From positions 1 through 64,000 of the IMG/VR virus record IMGVR_UViG_3300046779_001412: a stretch of 64,000 nucleotides of DNA. One strand, written 5' to 3'. The first letter of the stretch is position 1. Each line of letters begins with the position of its first letter. The position numbers were made by a program, and so were the translations under genes. Positions 16,952 through 26,714 of the stretch are shown one piece after another. The DNA comes from a virus. Below the pieces are notes generated by a model. It worked only from the letters and a program-made list of their open reading frames with translations. It was not told the DNA's origin and did no database searches.

Positions 16952-19900
16952 ATGGCCACTATAAGTGAACTAGAAAAGCAAATCGCTGATCTTGACAGTA
17001 AGTTAAAATACGGTGTAGGATATAAGCTCAGGGAAAGAAATGAAGCTCTTGAGTTTACTCGACAACAGATTCAAAAAGCCGAAGCCGCAGGCGATGCAGC
17101 AAAGGTTGAGAGAGAAACTCGTGTACTAGGTAATATTTTACAAGAAGTATCCGATCTTAACGGACAAGTCGCATCAATACAATCACAAAAAGACCAATTA
17201 CAGCAAGAATTAACCAATTTAAAAACACAGCAACAGAGTCAAGAGCAAGCCAAGCAAGGCGCTACTGGTGGTGCTACCAGTGCCGGTGCTGTTGTAGCTG
17301 CCAGTGATGATGCTGGTGTTGTTAATCCTACTAAGCCACCAGAAAAGTTCACACCCGACGGACGTGTGGACACCAATGCAGCAGGGACTAATGCAGATAC
17401 CACAGTGACTACAAACACTGCTGCTGGTGAGACACTAGACAATTCGCCTGATAAAAAGATCACAGAGACACAGATTCCCATAGCACCGCCAAACGCAGGT
17501 GAAGTAAAACGTGTGCCTAATGAACCACCGCCTGATCCGCTATCGCCTCCTGCAGGCACATATGGTGTAGGTGTTGGTGCTGCCAATGATGATGCTACCC
17601 CAACAAAAAATCTTACCAGACAAGACATTGAATTAAACTTTAATGAAGATATTAGACCACAGGCAAATATTCTTGATCAATATGCTAGTTATACCTATCA
17701 GTTATCCTTATACCTGTTGAACGAAACAGATTATAAAAAGGTTGTATCTAGTAACAGAACCACAGCTGGTAGAACTGGCATCAACACCGGACAACTGTTG
17801 ATGCAAAGCGGCGGCATAGCTGACACTGGTTCTGTAACTGCAGAAATTGACGGAGTTTCTGGAACAGCAGGTAGTCGGAATCCTTATTTCAATCTTGATT
17901 ACTACATTGAAAACATGTCATTGAGAAATGTTATTCAAGGCAAAGGCACTGGCGGAGCCAACGGCTACACAGATTTAAAAATGACAATCGTAGAACCCAA
18001 TGGCATCAGTTTTATAAACAACTTAAAACAGGCCGTGAAAGACTACTGCGGTATACAAGCCTTTCAAAGTGCTATCTACTGTTTGGTAATACGTTGGATA
18101 GGTTATGATGAGAATGGCAACATTGTCTACGCTGGCAGCACCAATAGTGGTGGTGACAAAACTGATCCTTATGCTATTGCTATAAAATATGTGCCATTTG
18201 CGATTTCTACGCTTAAATTCTCAGTGGCCAATCGTTTAACCACTTACGAGTTGAGTGGCACACCTTTAATGTACAACTTTAGACTGCGGCATACTACACC
18301 ATATAATTTTGAACTGTCTGGTAAAACTGTGCAAGAAATATTAGGAGGATCAGTGATAGCCGGCGCTGACGTAACCGAAGGGCGTGTAAACAGTAATAAT
18401 GCAACGTCAAGACCGACTGCCACTAACGCAAGTTCTCTACGTGAAGCCTTGGATGCTGCTGGGACTAATTCTACTCCAACTACGTCAGGGGCAGGTACCC
18501 CGGTATCAATAAACACTGCTCCTGCTGGTAGTGGCAATCCAGGCCGTGGGTTGATGCAGGCCATGAATGAAACGCAACAACAGTTGGTAAAAGACGGAAC
18601 ATATGAAATAGCTGATGAATTTTACTTGGAATTTGCCAATCCCAGTATTGCAAGTGCTAGTATCAAAAAAGAAGGATCACTGAGTATAGACAAAACTCCC
18701 ATGGGTAGCAATGATGCTAGGTCACTGTTACCTGACGTAGGCAAGGTTCAAACTTCATACAGAAACCTTGGTGTAACTGCTGGACAAAGCATATTGCAGG
18801 TCATGGAAATGGTAATTCGTAACAGTAGCTACATTCAGGATCAGCAGCTAAAAATTATTGATGAAGAAACCCAACAGGAAAAGGATAACGGCACTGCAAT
18901 TGAAACGTTTGCTTGGTTTAAAATTAGTCTAAAAGCCGAGCCCAATGGATTTGATTACAAACGCAATGATTACGCTTATAAATTTACCTTTGTAGTTAGC
19001 ATATATGAAGTGAAAAGCTCCAACAGTGTTTGGTTTCCACGCTCTAGATTTAGAGGTGTACACAAAAGTTATCCCTATTGGTTCACCGGCCAGAACACCG
19101 CAGTGTTGGACTACCAACAGAATTTTGATACTCTGTATTATACAGTTATTAGTGGAGCAGGAGATGCCATTAAAAGAGATCTCACAAGTGCGCTGACTGA
19201 TATACCTAGATATGTGTATCAGCCGCGTAGTGGGCAAAGCAGCCAAGGGGCGGATCAAGCCACCAATGAACCTGCTGCCAATGCGGCTGATTACTTGTAC
19301 AGTCCCAGTGATCTTGGCTCGGCAAAAGTTAAAATTATTGGTGATCCTGCATGGATACAACAGGGTGAGATATACCAAGGTAATGATCCTAGACAGTTTA
19401 ACTTTTCAGCTTTTAATCCTGATGGCGGCATAAATTTTGACAGCCAAGAAATCCTGTTTGAAATCGTATGGCAAAGCCCTGTGGATTATGATATCAATGG
19501 TAGTGGACTCATGGATCCCAACAGATATGCTCAACGAGACAAGGCAGGAGAAAATGGAACCAAGGGATCAGGTTTGCAAAGCTATGTTTTTTATGTCACC
19601 GAAGTGCTGCATGAATTCAGACAAGGAAGATTTGAGCAAACCTTGACCGGGGGTTTGTATATTTTCCCACGCAGCAAAGACAACTCTGGTGCTGCTATAA
19701 CTGGCACCGCTGCAACAGGGGCTGGATTAACCAGTAGTAATTACAATCCTGGCGGATATGCACAGTCTGCTACTGGAGCAGAAGGAGCCGGATCTTCGGA
19801 AATCGCAACATCACAAAAAGGTAAAAGAGTTGGCACTGTGAAAACACAAACCAAGACTGGTACCGGAGCTTCAGGGTTTCCGTTGACAGATTCAAGAGTA

Positions 19901-20029
19901 ACTTTGCCTGTAAAACCAAAAAATCCCGGGGTAGATTTTGCCACAGCGTATTCTTTAAGGAATAGGCCAGGCGGTCCTCCTAAAGTACAAACAACTACAC
20001 CTGGTATACCAGGTAATCGAGAACCCTAA
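16952..20029 (+). CDS. Baseplate hub / tail protein (gp27-like position)
   Basis: 1025 aa; N.L..YASYTY.L.L, I.EPNG.SF, IIGDPAWI, V.H.F.QG.FEQ.L; lies between gp53-like and gp5-like genes. Confidence 0.6.
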   Translation: MATISELEKQIADLDSKLKYGVGYKLRERNEALEFTRQQIQKAEAAGDAAKVERETRVLGNILQEVSDLNGQVASIQSQKDQLQQELTNLKTQQQSQEQAKQGATGGATSAGAVVAASDDAGVVNPTKPPEKFTPDGRVDTNAAGTNADTTVTTNTAAGETLDNSPDKKITETQIPIAPPNAGEVKRVPNEPPPDPLSPPAGTYGVGVGAANDDATPTKNLTRQDIELNFNEDIRPQANILDQYASYTYQLSLYLLNETDYKKVVSSNRTTAGRTGINTGQLLMQSGGIADTGSVTAEIDGVSGTAGSRNPYFNLDYYIENMSLRNVIQGKGTGGANGYTDLKMTIVEPNGISFINNLKQAVKDYCGIQAFQSAIYCLVIRWIGYDENGNIVYAGSTNSGGDKTDPYAIAIKYVPFAISTLKFSVANRLTTYELSGTPLMYNFRLRHTTPYNFELSGKTVQEILGGSVIAGADVTEGRVNSNNATSRPTATNASSLREALDAAGTNSTPTTSGAGTPVSINTAPAGSGNPGRGLMQAMNETQQQLVKDGTYEIADEFYLEFANPSIASASIKKEGSLSIDKTPMGSNDARSLLPDVGKVQTSYRNLGVTAGQSILQVMEMVIRNSSYIQDQQLKIIDEETQQEKDNGTAIETFAWFKISLKAEPNGFDYKRNDYAYKFTFVVSIYEVKSSNSVWFPRSRFRGVHKSYPYWFTGQNTAVLDYQQNFDTLYYTVISGAGDAIKRDLTSALTDIPRYVYQPRSGQSSQGADQATNEPAANAADYLYSPSDLGSAKVKIIGDPAWIQQGEIYQGNDPRQFNFSAFNPDGGINFDSQEILFEIVWQSPVDYDINGSGLMDPNRYAQRDKAGENGTKGSGLQSYVFYVTEVLHEFRQGRFEQTLTGGLYIFPRSKDNSGAAITGTAATGAGLTSSNYNPGGYAQSATGAEGAGSSEIATSQKGKRVGTVKTQTKTGTGASGFPLTDSRVTLPVKPKNPGVDFATAYSLRNRPGGPPKVQTTTPGIPGNREP

Positions 20030-20038
20030 AGGTTTATA

Positions 20039-21538
20039 ATGGCAGATAATGTATTTTCTAACACAGGTCGTCCCAAAGGTTACAAGCTAGATCGCGGTGG
20101 AGTACCTGCAGAAAGTGGACCATTTATCGGTGAGGTCATGAACAATGTTGACAACATTCGATCTGGTCGTTTACAAGTTTATATTGAAGCATTTGGTGGT
20201 GGTGACAAGTACAACAAAAATTTATGGCGCACAGTCAAGTACCTACCACCATTTTATGGTACCACACAAAAGCCAGCAAGTTCTGGGGCAGGATCCTTTA
20301 TTGGTAATCCCCACAGTTATGGTATGTGGTTTACGCCACCTGATATAGGTGTAAAGGTACTGTGTTTTTTTGTTGAAGGTGATCCAACACTGGGTTATTA
20401 TGTAGGTTGTATCCCAGATGCGGGTGTAAATCACATGATACCAGCAATTGGCAGTGCACCACTGGGTGAATACATTCCTGGCAACCAAGCACAGGCCACT
20501 TATTTGGCTGAATCGCCCGCACAGCCTGTGACAGAAATCAATGCCAAAGACAATCAAGTTATTTCTGATCCAAGATTTTTTGCATCACCAAAGCCTGTGC
20601 ATGCAGTGGTAGCAGCCACTATGTTTCAACAAGGGATCAGTAATGACATAGAACGTGGTCCTATTACTTCCAGTTCACAACGTGAAAGTCCAAGTTATGT
20701 TTATGGTATTAGTACGCCTGGGCGACCTGTGTATCAAAGTGGTGCGGCACCCAACAAAATTCGTCAAGATCTGTTGGCCAACAAACTAACTCCACTTGAT
20801 GTGGCTGTTATAGCACGTCAAGGCGGCCACACGTTTGTTATGGATGATGGTGACCTAGAAAATTCTAGTTCGCATATCAGACTGCGTACCAGCAAAGGAC
20901 ATCAAATTACCATGAGTGATGATGGCAATTTTTTCTATATCATTCATGCTAATGGACAAACTTGGATTGAACTAGGAGTAGAAGGCACAGTAGATGTATT
21001 CAGTACTAATTCTGTAAATGTCAGAACCAACGGTGACATTAACTTACATGCAGATCAAGATGTGAATATTTTTGCAGGTAGAAACCTACAGCTCAAAAGC
21101 AAAAAAAACCTTGCCTTAGAAAGCGAAGCCACTATTACAAGTTACAGTGTTGGCAACACCACACTGTACAGTAAAGCCACTGTTGGAGTGAGAGCCGATG
21201 GCAACCTGGCCTTGAAGAGTGCCAATGGCAGTTGGGATGGCGGTGGTGGTCTCAAACTCAAAGCAGGACGCATTGATCTCAACAGCGGCGGCGCAGAAAG
21301 TGTTAGTGCTACCAAACCAATTGTAAAATACACATCGGATGACACAAAATTTGATGCCAGCAAAGGCTGGCAAGTTGAAACAGGAAAACTGGAAAGCATT
21401 GTTACACGAGCACCGGCTCATGAGCCCTGGCCTTATCATAATCTTGGAGTTGATGTTAGTGTAACACTAGGTGAAGGCGGAGTACCCACTCCTCTTGCAC
21501 AACCAGTGCCACAAGGTTTTACTATTACTAAAAAATAA
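20039..21538 (+). CDS. Baseplate central spike (T4 gp5 / VgrG-like OB fold plus beta-helix)
   Basis: D..RSGRLQVYI, YGMWF.PPD.G..VL..F, GGH.F.MDD, RT.KGHQI.M, beta-helical repeats, P.HEPW; no lysozyme domain seen. Confidence 0.8.
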   Translation: MADNVFSNTGRPKGYKLDRGGVPAESGPFIGEVMNNVDNIRSGRLQVYIEAFGGGDKYNKNLWRTVKYLPPFYGTTQKPASSGAGSFIGNPHSYGMWFTPPDIGVKVLCFFVEGDPTLGYYVGCIPDAGVNHMIPAIGSAPLGEYIPGNQAQATYLAESPAQPVTEINAKDNQVISDPRFFASPKPVHAVVAATMFQQGISNDIERGPITSSSQRESPSYVYGISTPGRPVYQSGAAPNKIRQDLLANKLTPLDVAVIARQGGHTFVMDDGDLENSSSHIRLRTSKGHQITMSDDGNFFYIIHANGQTWIELGVEGTVDVFSTNSVNVRTNGDINLHADQDVNIFAGRNLQLKSKKNLALESEATITSYSVGNTTLYSKATVGVRADGNLALKSANGSWDGGGGLKLKAGRIDLNSGGAESVSATKPIVKYTSDDTKFDASKGWQVETGKLESIVTRAPAHEPWPYHNLGVDVSVTLGEGGVPTPLAQPVPQGFTITKK

Positions 21539-22881
21539 TGGCAAAATTTACTTACAATTGGTCAGGACAAACATTTGAAATAGAAGCACCTCCGGGTACT
21601 ACTGAAGCTGCGGCTCGTGCTGTGTTTGATCAACAACTCAACACCGGTGGTTTAACCAACCTCAAGGCTGGTGAATCACTAAATGCATTGTCCCAGTTAA
21701 AAAAAGGACTTACCTCAGCAGCAAGTCAGGTCAAGGGTGCCATTGGATCAGTAGTAAGCAAGGCACAAAATGTAGCCACTCAGTTGGTCAATGGCAAGGT
21801 TAGTAAGCCCATGAATGTGGCAGACTTTGTAAATGTAGGCGGAGCAGTGGGTAACATTGGTCCTCTTGATGGCAAACAGGTACAAGGATTACTAGCTCAA
21901 TCTGCGGCTCTCACAGCACAGGCCACCAGTGCGATTTCTGTAGACAAAGGCATAGGTAAATTTGGTATCAATCCTGATCTACTAGAAAATTCAGGATTTA
22001 TCAAACCAGGAACTATATCACAGTTCGGCAAAGCAACATCAGTTACTCAAGCTGATATTGACGAGGCATCAAGGATCAATGCCAGTGGCGGATCAATTAC
22101 ACCAGAACAAGTGGCAAGAAACACAGCTTTAAACAAAGCCTTGAGTTCGCCCACGGTGTGGACAGGCAAACTTGGTGTCAATAATCTTGGATCCATGCTG
22201 GGTGATGCAACCAAACAACTGGGTGCGCAGGCCGAAATCATGAAAGGTCAGTTTGCTAGTCTGTCAAAATCTGGTGTTCTGCCAACTGGCGTCAGTGGTG
22301 CAGAAGCAGGTGCACTGATTCAAGCAGCAGGTAAAGTTGGTGCAGTACTCGCAGCAGCCTGGAGCAAAGGTGCAGCACCTGCACAAGCAGTGCAAGCCAT
22401 TAGTAATTTGGCCAAGTCAGGTCAATTAGCAGTTAATTTTACTGATTTAAAAGTGCCTGACAGTCTCACAGGTGAACGATCGGCACCCAAGGCATCAAAT
22501 ACTGTTAATAGGCAAGTGTTGAATCAAGCATTCACTCAATTCATTGGCAATGCCAAAGTACCCTCAATAGATTATGGACAACCAGTTTCTGCAGATGAAT
22601 CAACCTCAACTCCGTCTGTGGTCAGCACCGGAGTCCTTGATGAACCGTCGGCAGCCGATCGAGCTGAATTTAAACGACTCACAGAAGAAAAAGCAACATT
22701 AGGCAGGCAGATTGACTTTGACGATCAAGAGTACAATCGCCTACGAAGCATATATGGGCGCGATGATCCACAGGTAATAGCAGCTAGAGACAAGTGGGAA
22801 GCAGACTTAAATAAATTTAGAGCAGTTACTGACGCATTGAGCGCACTGGCGCAGAAGTATCCTGCTTTACTCTATTATTAA
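21538..22881 (+). CDS. Hypothetical virion/baseplate-associated protein
   Basis: 447-aa Ala/Gly-rich ORF coupled to the gp5-like gene, upstream of gp25. Confidence 0.6.
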   Translation: MAKFTYNWSGQTFEIEAPPGTTEAAARAVFDQQLNTGGLTNLKAGESLNALSQLKKGLTSAASQVKGAIGSVVSKAQNVATQLVNGKVSKPMNVADFVNVGGAVGNIGPLDGKQVQGLLAQSAALTAQATSAISVDKGIGKFGINPDLLENSGFIKPGTISQFGKATSVTQADIDEASRINASGGSITPEQVARNTALNKALSSPTVWTGKLGVNNLGSMLGDATKQLGAQAEIMKGQFASLSKSGVLPTGVSGAEAGALIQAAGKVGAVLAAAWSKGAAPAQAVQAISNLAKSGQLAVNFTDLKVPDSLTGERSAPKASNTVNRQVLNQAFTQFIGNAKVPSIDYGQPVSADESTSTPSVVSTGVLDEPSAADRAEFKRLTEEKATLGRQIDFDDQEYNRLRSIYGRDDPQVIAARDKWEADLNKFRAVTDALSALAQKYPALLYY

Positions 22882-22886
22882 AAATT

Positions 22887-23261
22887 ATGACAACATTTAT
22901 TGGATTCAGTACTCAAGGACAGCGTAAAAAATTCACTTTAGTGGATGAAGATCTCATCAAACAGGATCTGATCAACGCCTTTAATATTCGCCAGGGTGAG
23001 CTGGTAGGGCGCCCAGACGTTGGCACTGCTGTGTGGGATTTTTTGTTTGAATCACAAACTGTAGAAACTGAAAATGCCATAGTGCAAGAAATTCAGCGAG
23101 TGGCAGGTGGTGATCCTCGCTTGAAAATTTCAGAAGTTGAAACCTATCCGCAGCTTAACGGTATTCTAATACAGGTGCAAATACAGTTTGTGCCCAGTAC
23201 CACAGTAGAGCGTCTTGCTTTGTTTTTTGATCAAGAAACCCGACGAGCCAGCTACATTTAA
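22887..23261 (+). CDS. gp25: Baseplate wedge subunit (T4 gp25-like)
   Basis: D..LIKQDL.N.F..R.GE....P..G..VWD.LFE, DPRL motifs. Confidence 0.88.
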   Translation: MTTFIGFSTQGQRKKFTLVDEDLIKQDLINAFNIRQGELVGRPDVGTAVWDFLFESQTVETENAIVQEIQRVAGGDPRLKISEVETYPQLNGILIQVQIQFVPSTTVERLALFFDQETRRASYI

Positions 23262-23280
23262 CCACGTGGTTTATTCGCCA

Positions 23281-23287
23281 ATAAATA
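23281..23287 (+). promoter_or_regulatory. Putative late promoter (ATAAATA) for the gp6-like gene
   Basis: ATAAATA 16 nt upstream of ATG 23304. Confidence 0.55.
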
Positions 23288-23303
23288 CCAAAACAGAGAA
23301 ATT

Positions 23304-26300
23304 ATGGCCATAACCACTAGACAAACTGCAATTTTTGGCGTTGAGGACTGGAAACAACTATACCAGACCTACCGAGAAGCCGACTTCCAAAGCTACGACT
23401 TTGAAACACTGCGCAAGAGCTTTGTAGACTACCTAAGGTTGTATTATCCTGAAACCTTTAATGACTACATTGAAAGCTCAGAGTTCATTGCGCTGCTGGA
23501 CGTCATGGCATTCATGGGACAGAGTCTGGCCTTTAGAGCAGATCTCAATGCACGTGAAAACTATATTGACACCGCAGAACGCCGCGATAGTGTGGTGCGC
23601 TTGGCTAACTTAGTCAGCTATACTCCAAAGCGTAACAGTCCTGCGCAAGGTCTACTCAAGGTTACTTCAGTTACTACCACTGAAAATGTCTTGGATTACA
23701 ACGGAATCAATCTCAGTAATATCACAGTGAACTGGAACGACGCTACCAATGGCGATTGGTTTGAGCAGTTTATTACCATTGTGAACTCTGCCTTGGTGGA
23801 TACACAGCGTTTTGGACGCCCGGGTGCAGATCAAGACATTCTTGGTATAGACACTGAAGAATACACTTTGAATATCAGTCCTGGCTACTTGCCAGTGGTT
23901 CCTTTCACAGCCACAGTTGATGGCATCAACATGCCGTTTGAAGCAGTAAGCGTGACCAGTGCAGGACGAGAATATATCTATGAGCCAGCGCCGCGTCCTA
24001 ATGGTGCATTTAATATGCTGTATCGCAATGATTCCTTGGGATTTGGCTCACAGAATTCAGGATTTTTCTTTTACTTCAAACAGGGCAATTTGCTGTCAAC
24101 AGATTTCAATTTGCCAGAGCGTGTGACAAACCGTGTGGTCAATGTCAACATTGAAGGTATAAACAATGAAGATCGATGGTTGTTCCAGCTTGACGATATA
24201 GGTTCTGTGTCAGAAGAGTGGCAGTATGTAGAGTCTGTGTACACAGCAGCAGCAGAGCAAGCCGTTGGACAATTGCGTAAAATATATTCTACCATCAGTC
24301 GTCTAAACGATCAAATTTCTCTAACCTTTGGCGACGGCGTGTTTTCGGCTATACCTGTGGGCACATTCAGAGCCTATGTACGCAGTTCAAACGGACTTGA
24401 GTACATAATTAATCCCAGCGAAATGGCCACCGTGGCATTGCCAATCAACTACGTGAGTCGTACAGGTCGGATTGAGACAATCACATTCACGGTAGGCTTG
24501 ACTGCACCTGTTAGTAATTCACAAAGTCGTGAACTTCTAGACGAAATCAAACAGCGTGCACCTGCCAGATACTACACGCAGAATCGCATGGTTAATGGAG
24601 AAGACTACAATCTATTTCCATTTACTCTGTACAACAGCATTATCAAAAGCAAAGCAGTTAATCGCAGTGCTATTGGCACATCACGTTATCTTGAACTTGT
24701 GGACAACACCAACAAGTATGCCAGTACCAATGTGTTTGGTAGTGATGGTGGGTTGTACAAAGAAAACACATTGCCAACATTTCAGTTCTCATGGTTCACT
24801 ACCAATGACATTGCTGACGCTATCACAAATCAAGTGCAACCAGGTATAAAAACTCCTGGCGTATTACAATTTTACTATGCAAATTTTGTAAGGCCTAATC
24901 TTATTCCCTTGGCAGTAAGTTGGAATCAAAGCACAGCCTTGACAAATCAGTGCACAGGCTACTTTGAGGACAGCAATGGCGATCCAGTTAGTGTTGGTGG
25001 GTTTAGTAGCAACAATACCAAGTACATCACACCAGCTGCCTTGGTAAAATTCACCGCGCCTGATGGTTATTACTTCAATCAATATAATAGATTGTTGCCT
25101 GGCCTGCCTAGTCTAGACACTGACAAAACCACTATTTGGGCCACAGTAGAAGCAGTTATTCTTGATGGTACAAATCAAGGACGTGGCAATCTTGATGATG
25201 GCACTGGCCCAGTGGCACTCAACACCTTTGTGCCTACAGGAGCAGTGGCTAGCCAGATAATTCCGATCTTTATCACTGATCTGCCTAGCACAGTGCTGCA
25301 AAATGCCATTGAACAGATAAGGCTTTATAGAAATTTTGGTCTAGGATTCAACAATCTTACTGGTGAATGGTATGTGATTGGTCAAAGTAATCTTGATGCT
25401 GACGGATCGTTTAGCCTGGTCAATCAACAAAGTACCACAGGTGCTAATCAAGACAGCAGTTGGTTAGTGAGATTTCTTACTGATGGCACGCAATACACTG
25501 TGAGCACTCGCGAGCTGACCTATTACTTTGCCTCTGTGCTCCAAACCAGATTCTTTTTTGAAACCGGTAATGCAATTTATGACAGTCGTCTAGGCACAGT
25601 GATCAAGGATTTCATTAAAGTATTAAAATCCAACAGCCTGCCCAGTAGCAATTCACCATTGCCTTCTGACATAGACATGCAGATTATTGCACAGCCTGAA
25701 GAAAGCGATGGTTATGTTAACGACTTTCAAGTGATTGTGAGTTTTCAAGACAGCGATCAAGATGGATCCGCAGACAACCCTGATTTCTTCCAAGAGATAG
25801 TGGGACCAGATCCCACAGCGAGCCAGAGTGGTAATCTAGTATTTTTAGAAGCCACAGTGGATTTTAATGATCTGCAAAGATATCTTTTAGTAGAGCAAGG
25901 TCGAGTGAATTATCAATATGGTACCTACGCTGAGATTGAAACATATAAGAGTGAATATCTTGATGGGCAAGTGTTTTATGCTTATCTTGAACAAGAGTTT
26001 TGGAGGCTGGTAATTGATACAATTGGTACACGTACTCTAATTCAAACCACAGAATTCTTGGCAAGACTTGGCAGACAAAACCTATACTATCAATATCGTC
26101 ACAACAGTCTGTTAAGCAATAGAATAGATCCGTCAATCACAAATATTATTGATGTGTATGTGGTCACTCAAGACTACTACATTGCCTACCAGAACTATAT
26201 CAAGGACAGCACAGGCACTGTCCCAGAACCTGCACAGCCCACTATCAATGAGTTGACCACGCAGTTCCAAAGACTACAGGATTACAAAATGTTGAGTGAT

Positions 26301-26714
26301 AATGTGATCATGAACTCAGTTACATTCAAGCCACTGTTCGGTAACAAGGCCACTAATGATCTGCGGGCAACAATCAAGGTTATCAAAGCAGCTAATTCAA
26401 CAGCCAGTGTGAGTGAAATCAAAAATGCAGTGGTTCAAAGCCTTAATGATTATTTTACAATAGACAAGTGGAACTTTGGTGATACATTCTATTTTAGTGA
26501 ATTGGCTGCATACATTCATAGAGAAATTGGCACAATTGTGAGTTCAGTAGTGCTTGTACCAATCAACCCACAGAAGGCCTTTGGTGACATGTATGAAATA
26601 CGTTCGGCTCCAAATGAAATATTTGTGAACGCAGCCACAGTGGCTGACGTGGAAGTTATTGATGCGTTGACCAGTACCAATCTGCGCACAGCACCTGGTA
26701 GCGGAGTAATTTAA
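23304..26714 (+). CDS. gp6: Baseplate wedge subunit (T4 gp6-like)
   Basis: DF..YDFETLR, FNDY.ESSE..ALLD, RE.YIDTA.RRDSV..LA..VSY.PKR, FGDG.F, Q.RMV..EDY. Confidence 0.85.
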   Translation: MAITTRQTAIFGVEDWKQLYQTYREADFQSYDFETLRKSFVDYLRLYYPETFNDYIESSEFIALLDVMAFMGQSLAFRADLNARENYIDTAERRDSVVRLANLVSYTPKRNSPAQGLLKVTSVTTTENVLDYNGINLSNITVNWNDATNGDWFEQFITIVNSALVDTQRFGRPGADQDILGIDTEEYTLNISPGYLPVVPFTATVDGINMPFEAVSVTSAGREYIYEPAPRPNGAFNMLYRNDSLGFGSQNSGFFFYFKQGNLLSTDFNLPERVTNRVVNVNIEGINNEDRWLFQLDDIGSVSEEWQYVESVYTAAAEQAVGQLRKIYSTISRLNDQISLTFGDGVFSAIPVGTFRAYVRSSNGLEYIINPSEMATVALPINYVSRTGRIETITFTVGLTAPVSNSQSRELLDEIKQRAPARYYTQNRMVNGEDYNLFPFTLYNSIIKSKAVNRSAIGTSRYLELVDNTNKYASTNVFGSDGGLYKENTLPTFQFSWFTTNDIADAITNQVQPGIKTPGVLQFYYANFVRPNLIPLAVSWNQSTALTNQCTGYFEDSNGDPVSVGGFSSNNTKYITPAALVKFTAPDGYYFNQYNRLLPGLPSLDTDKTTIWATVEAVILDGTNQGRGNLDDGTGPVALNTFVPTGAVASQIIPIFITDLPSTVLQNAIEQIRLYRNFGLGFNNLTGEWYVIGQSNLDADGSFSLVNQQSTTGANQDSSWLVRFLTDGTQYTVSTRELTYYFASVLQTRFFFETGNAIYDSRLGTVIKDFIKVLKSNSLPSSNSPLPSDIDMQIIAQPEESDGYVNDFQVIVSFQDSDQDGSADNPDFFQEIVGPDPTASQSGNLVFLEATVDFNDLQRYLLVEQGRVNYQYGTYAEIETYKSEYLDGQVFYAYLEQEFWRLVIDTIGTRTLIQTTEFLARLGRQNLYYQYRHNSLLSNRIDPSITNIIDVYVVTQDYYIAYQNYIKDSTGTVPEPAQPTINELTTQFQRLQDYKMLSDNVIMNSVTFKPLFGNKATNDLRATIKVIKAANSTASVSEIKNAVVQSLNDYFTIDKWNFGDTFYFSELAAYIHREIGTIVSSVVLVPINPQKAFGDMYEIRSAPNEIFVNAATVADVEVIDALTSTNLRTAPGSGVI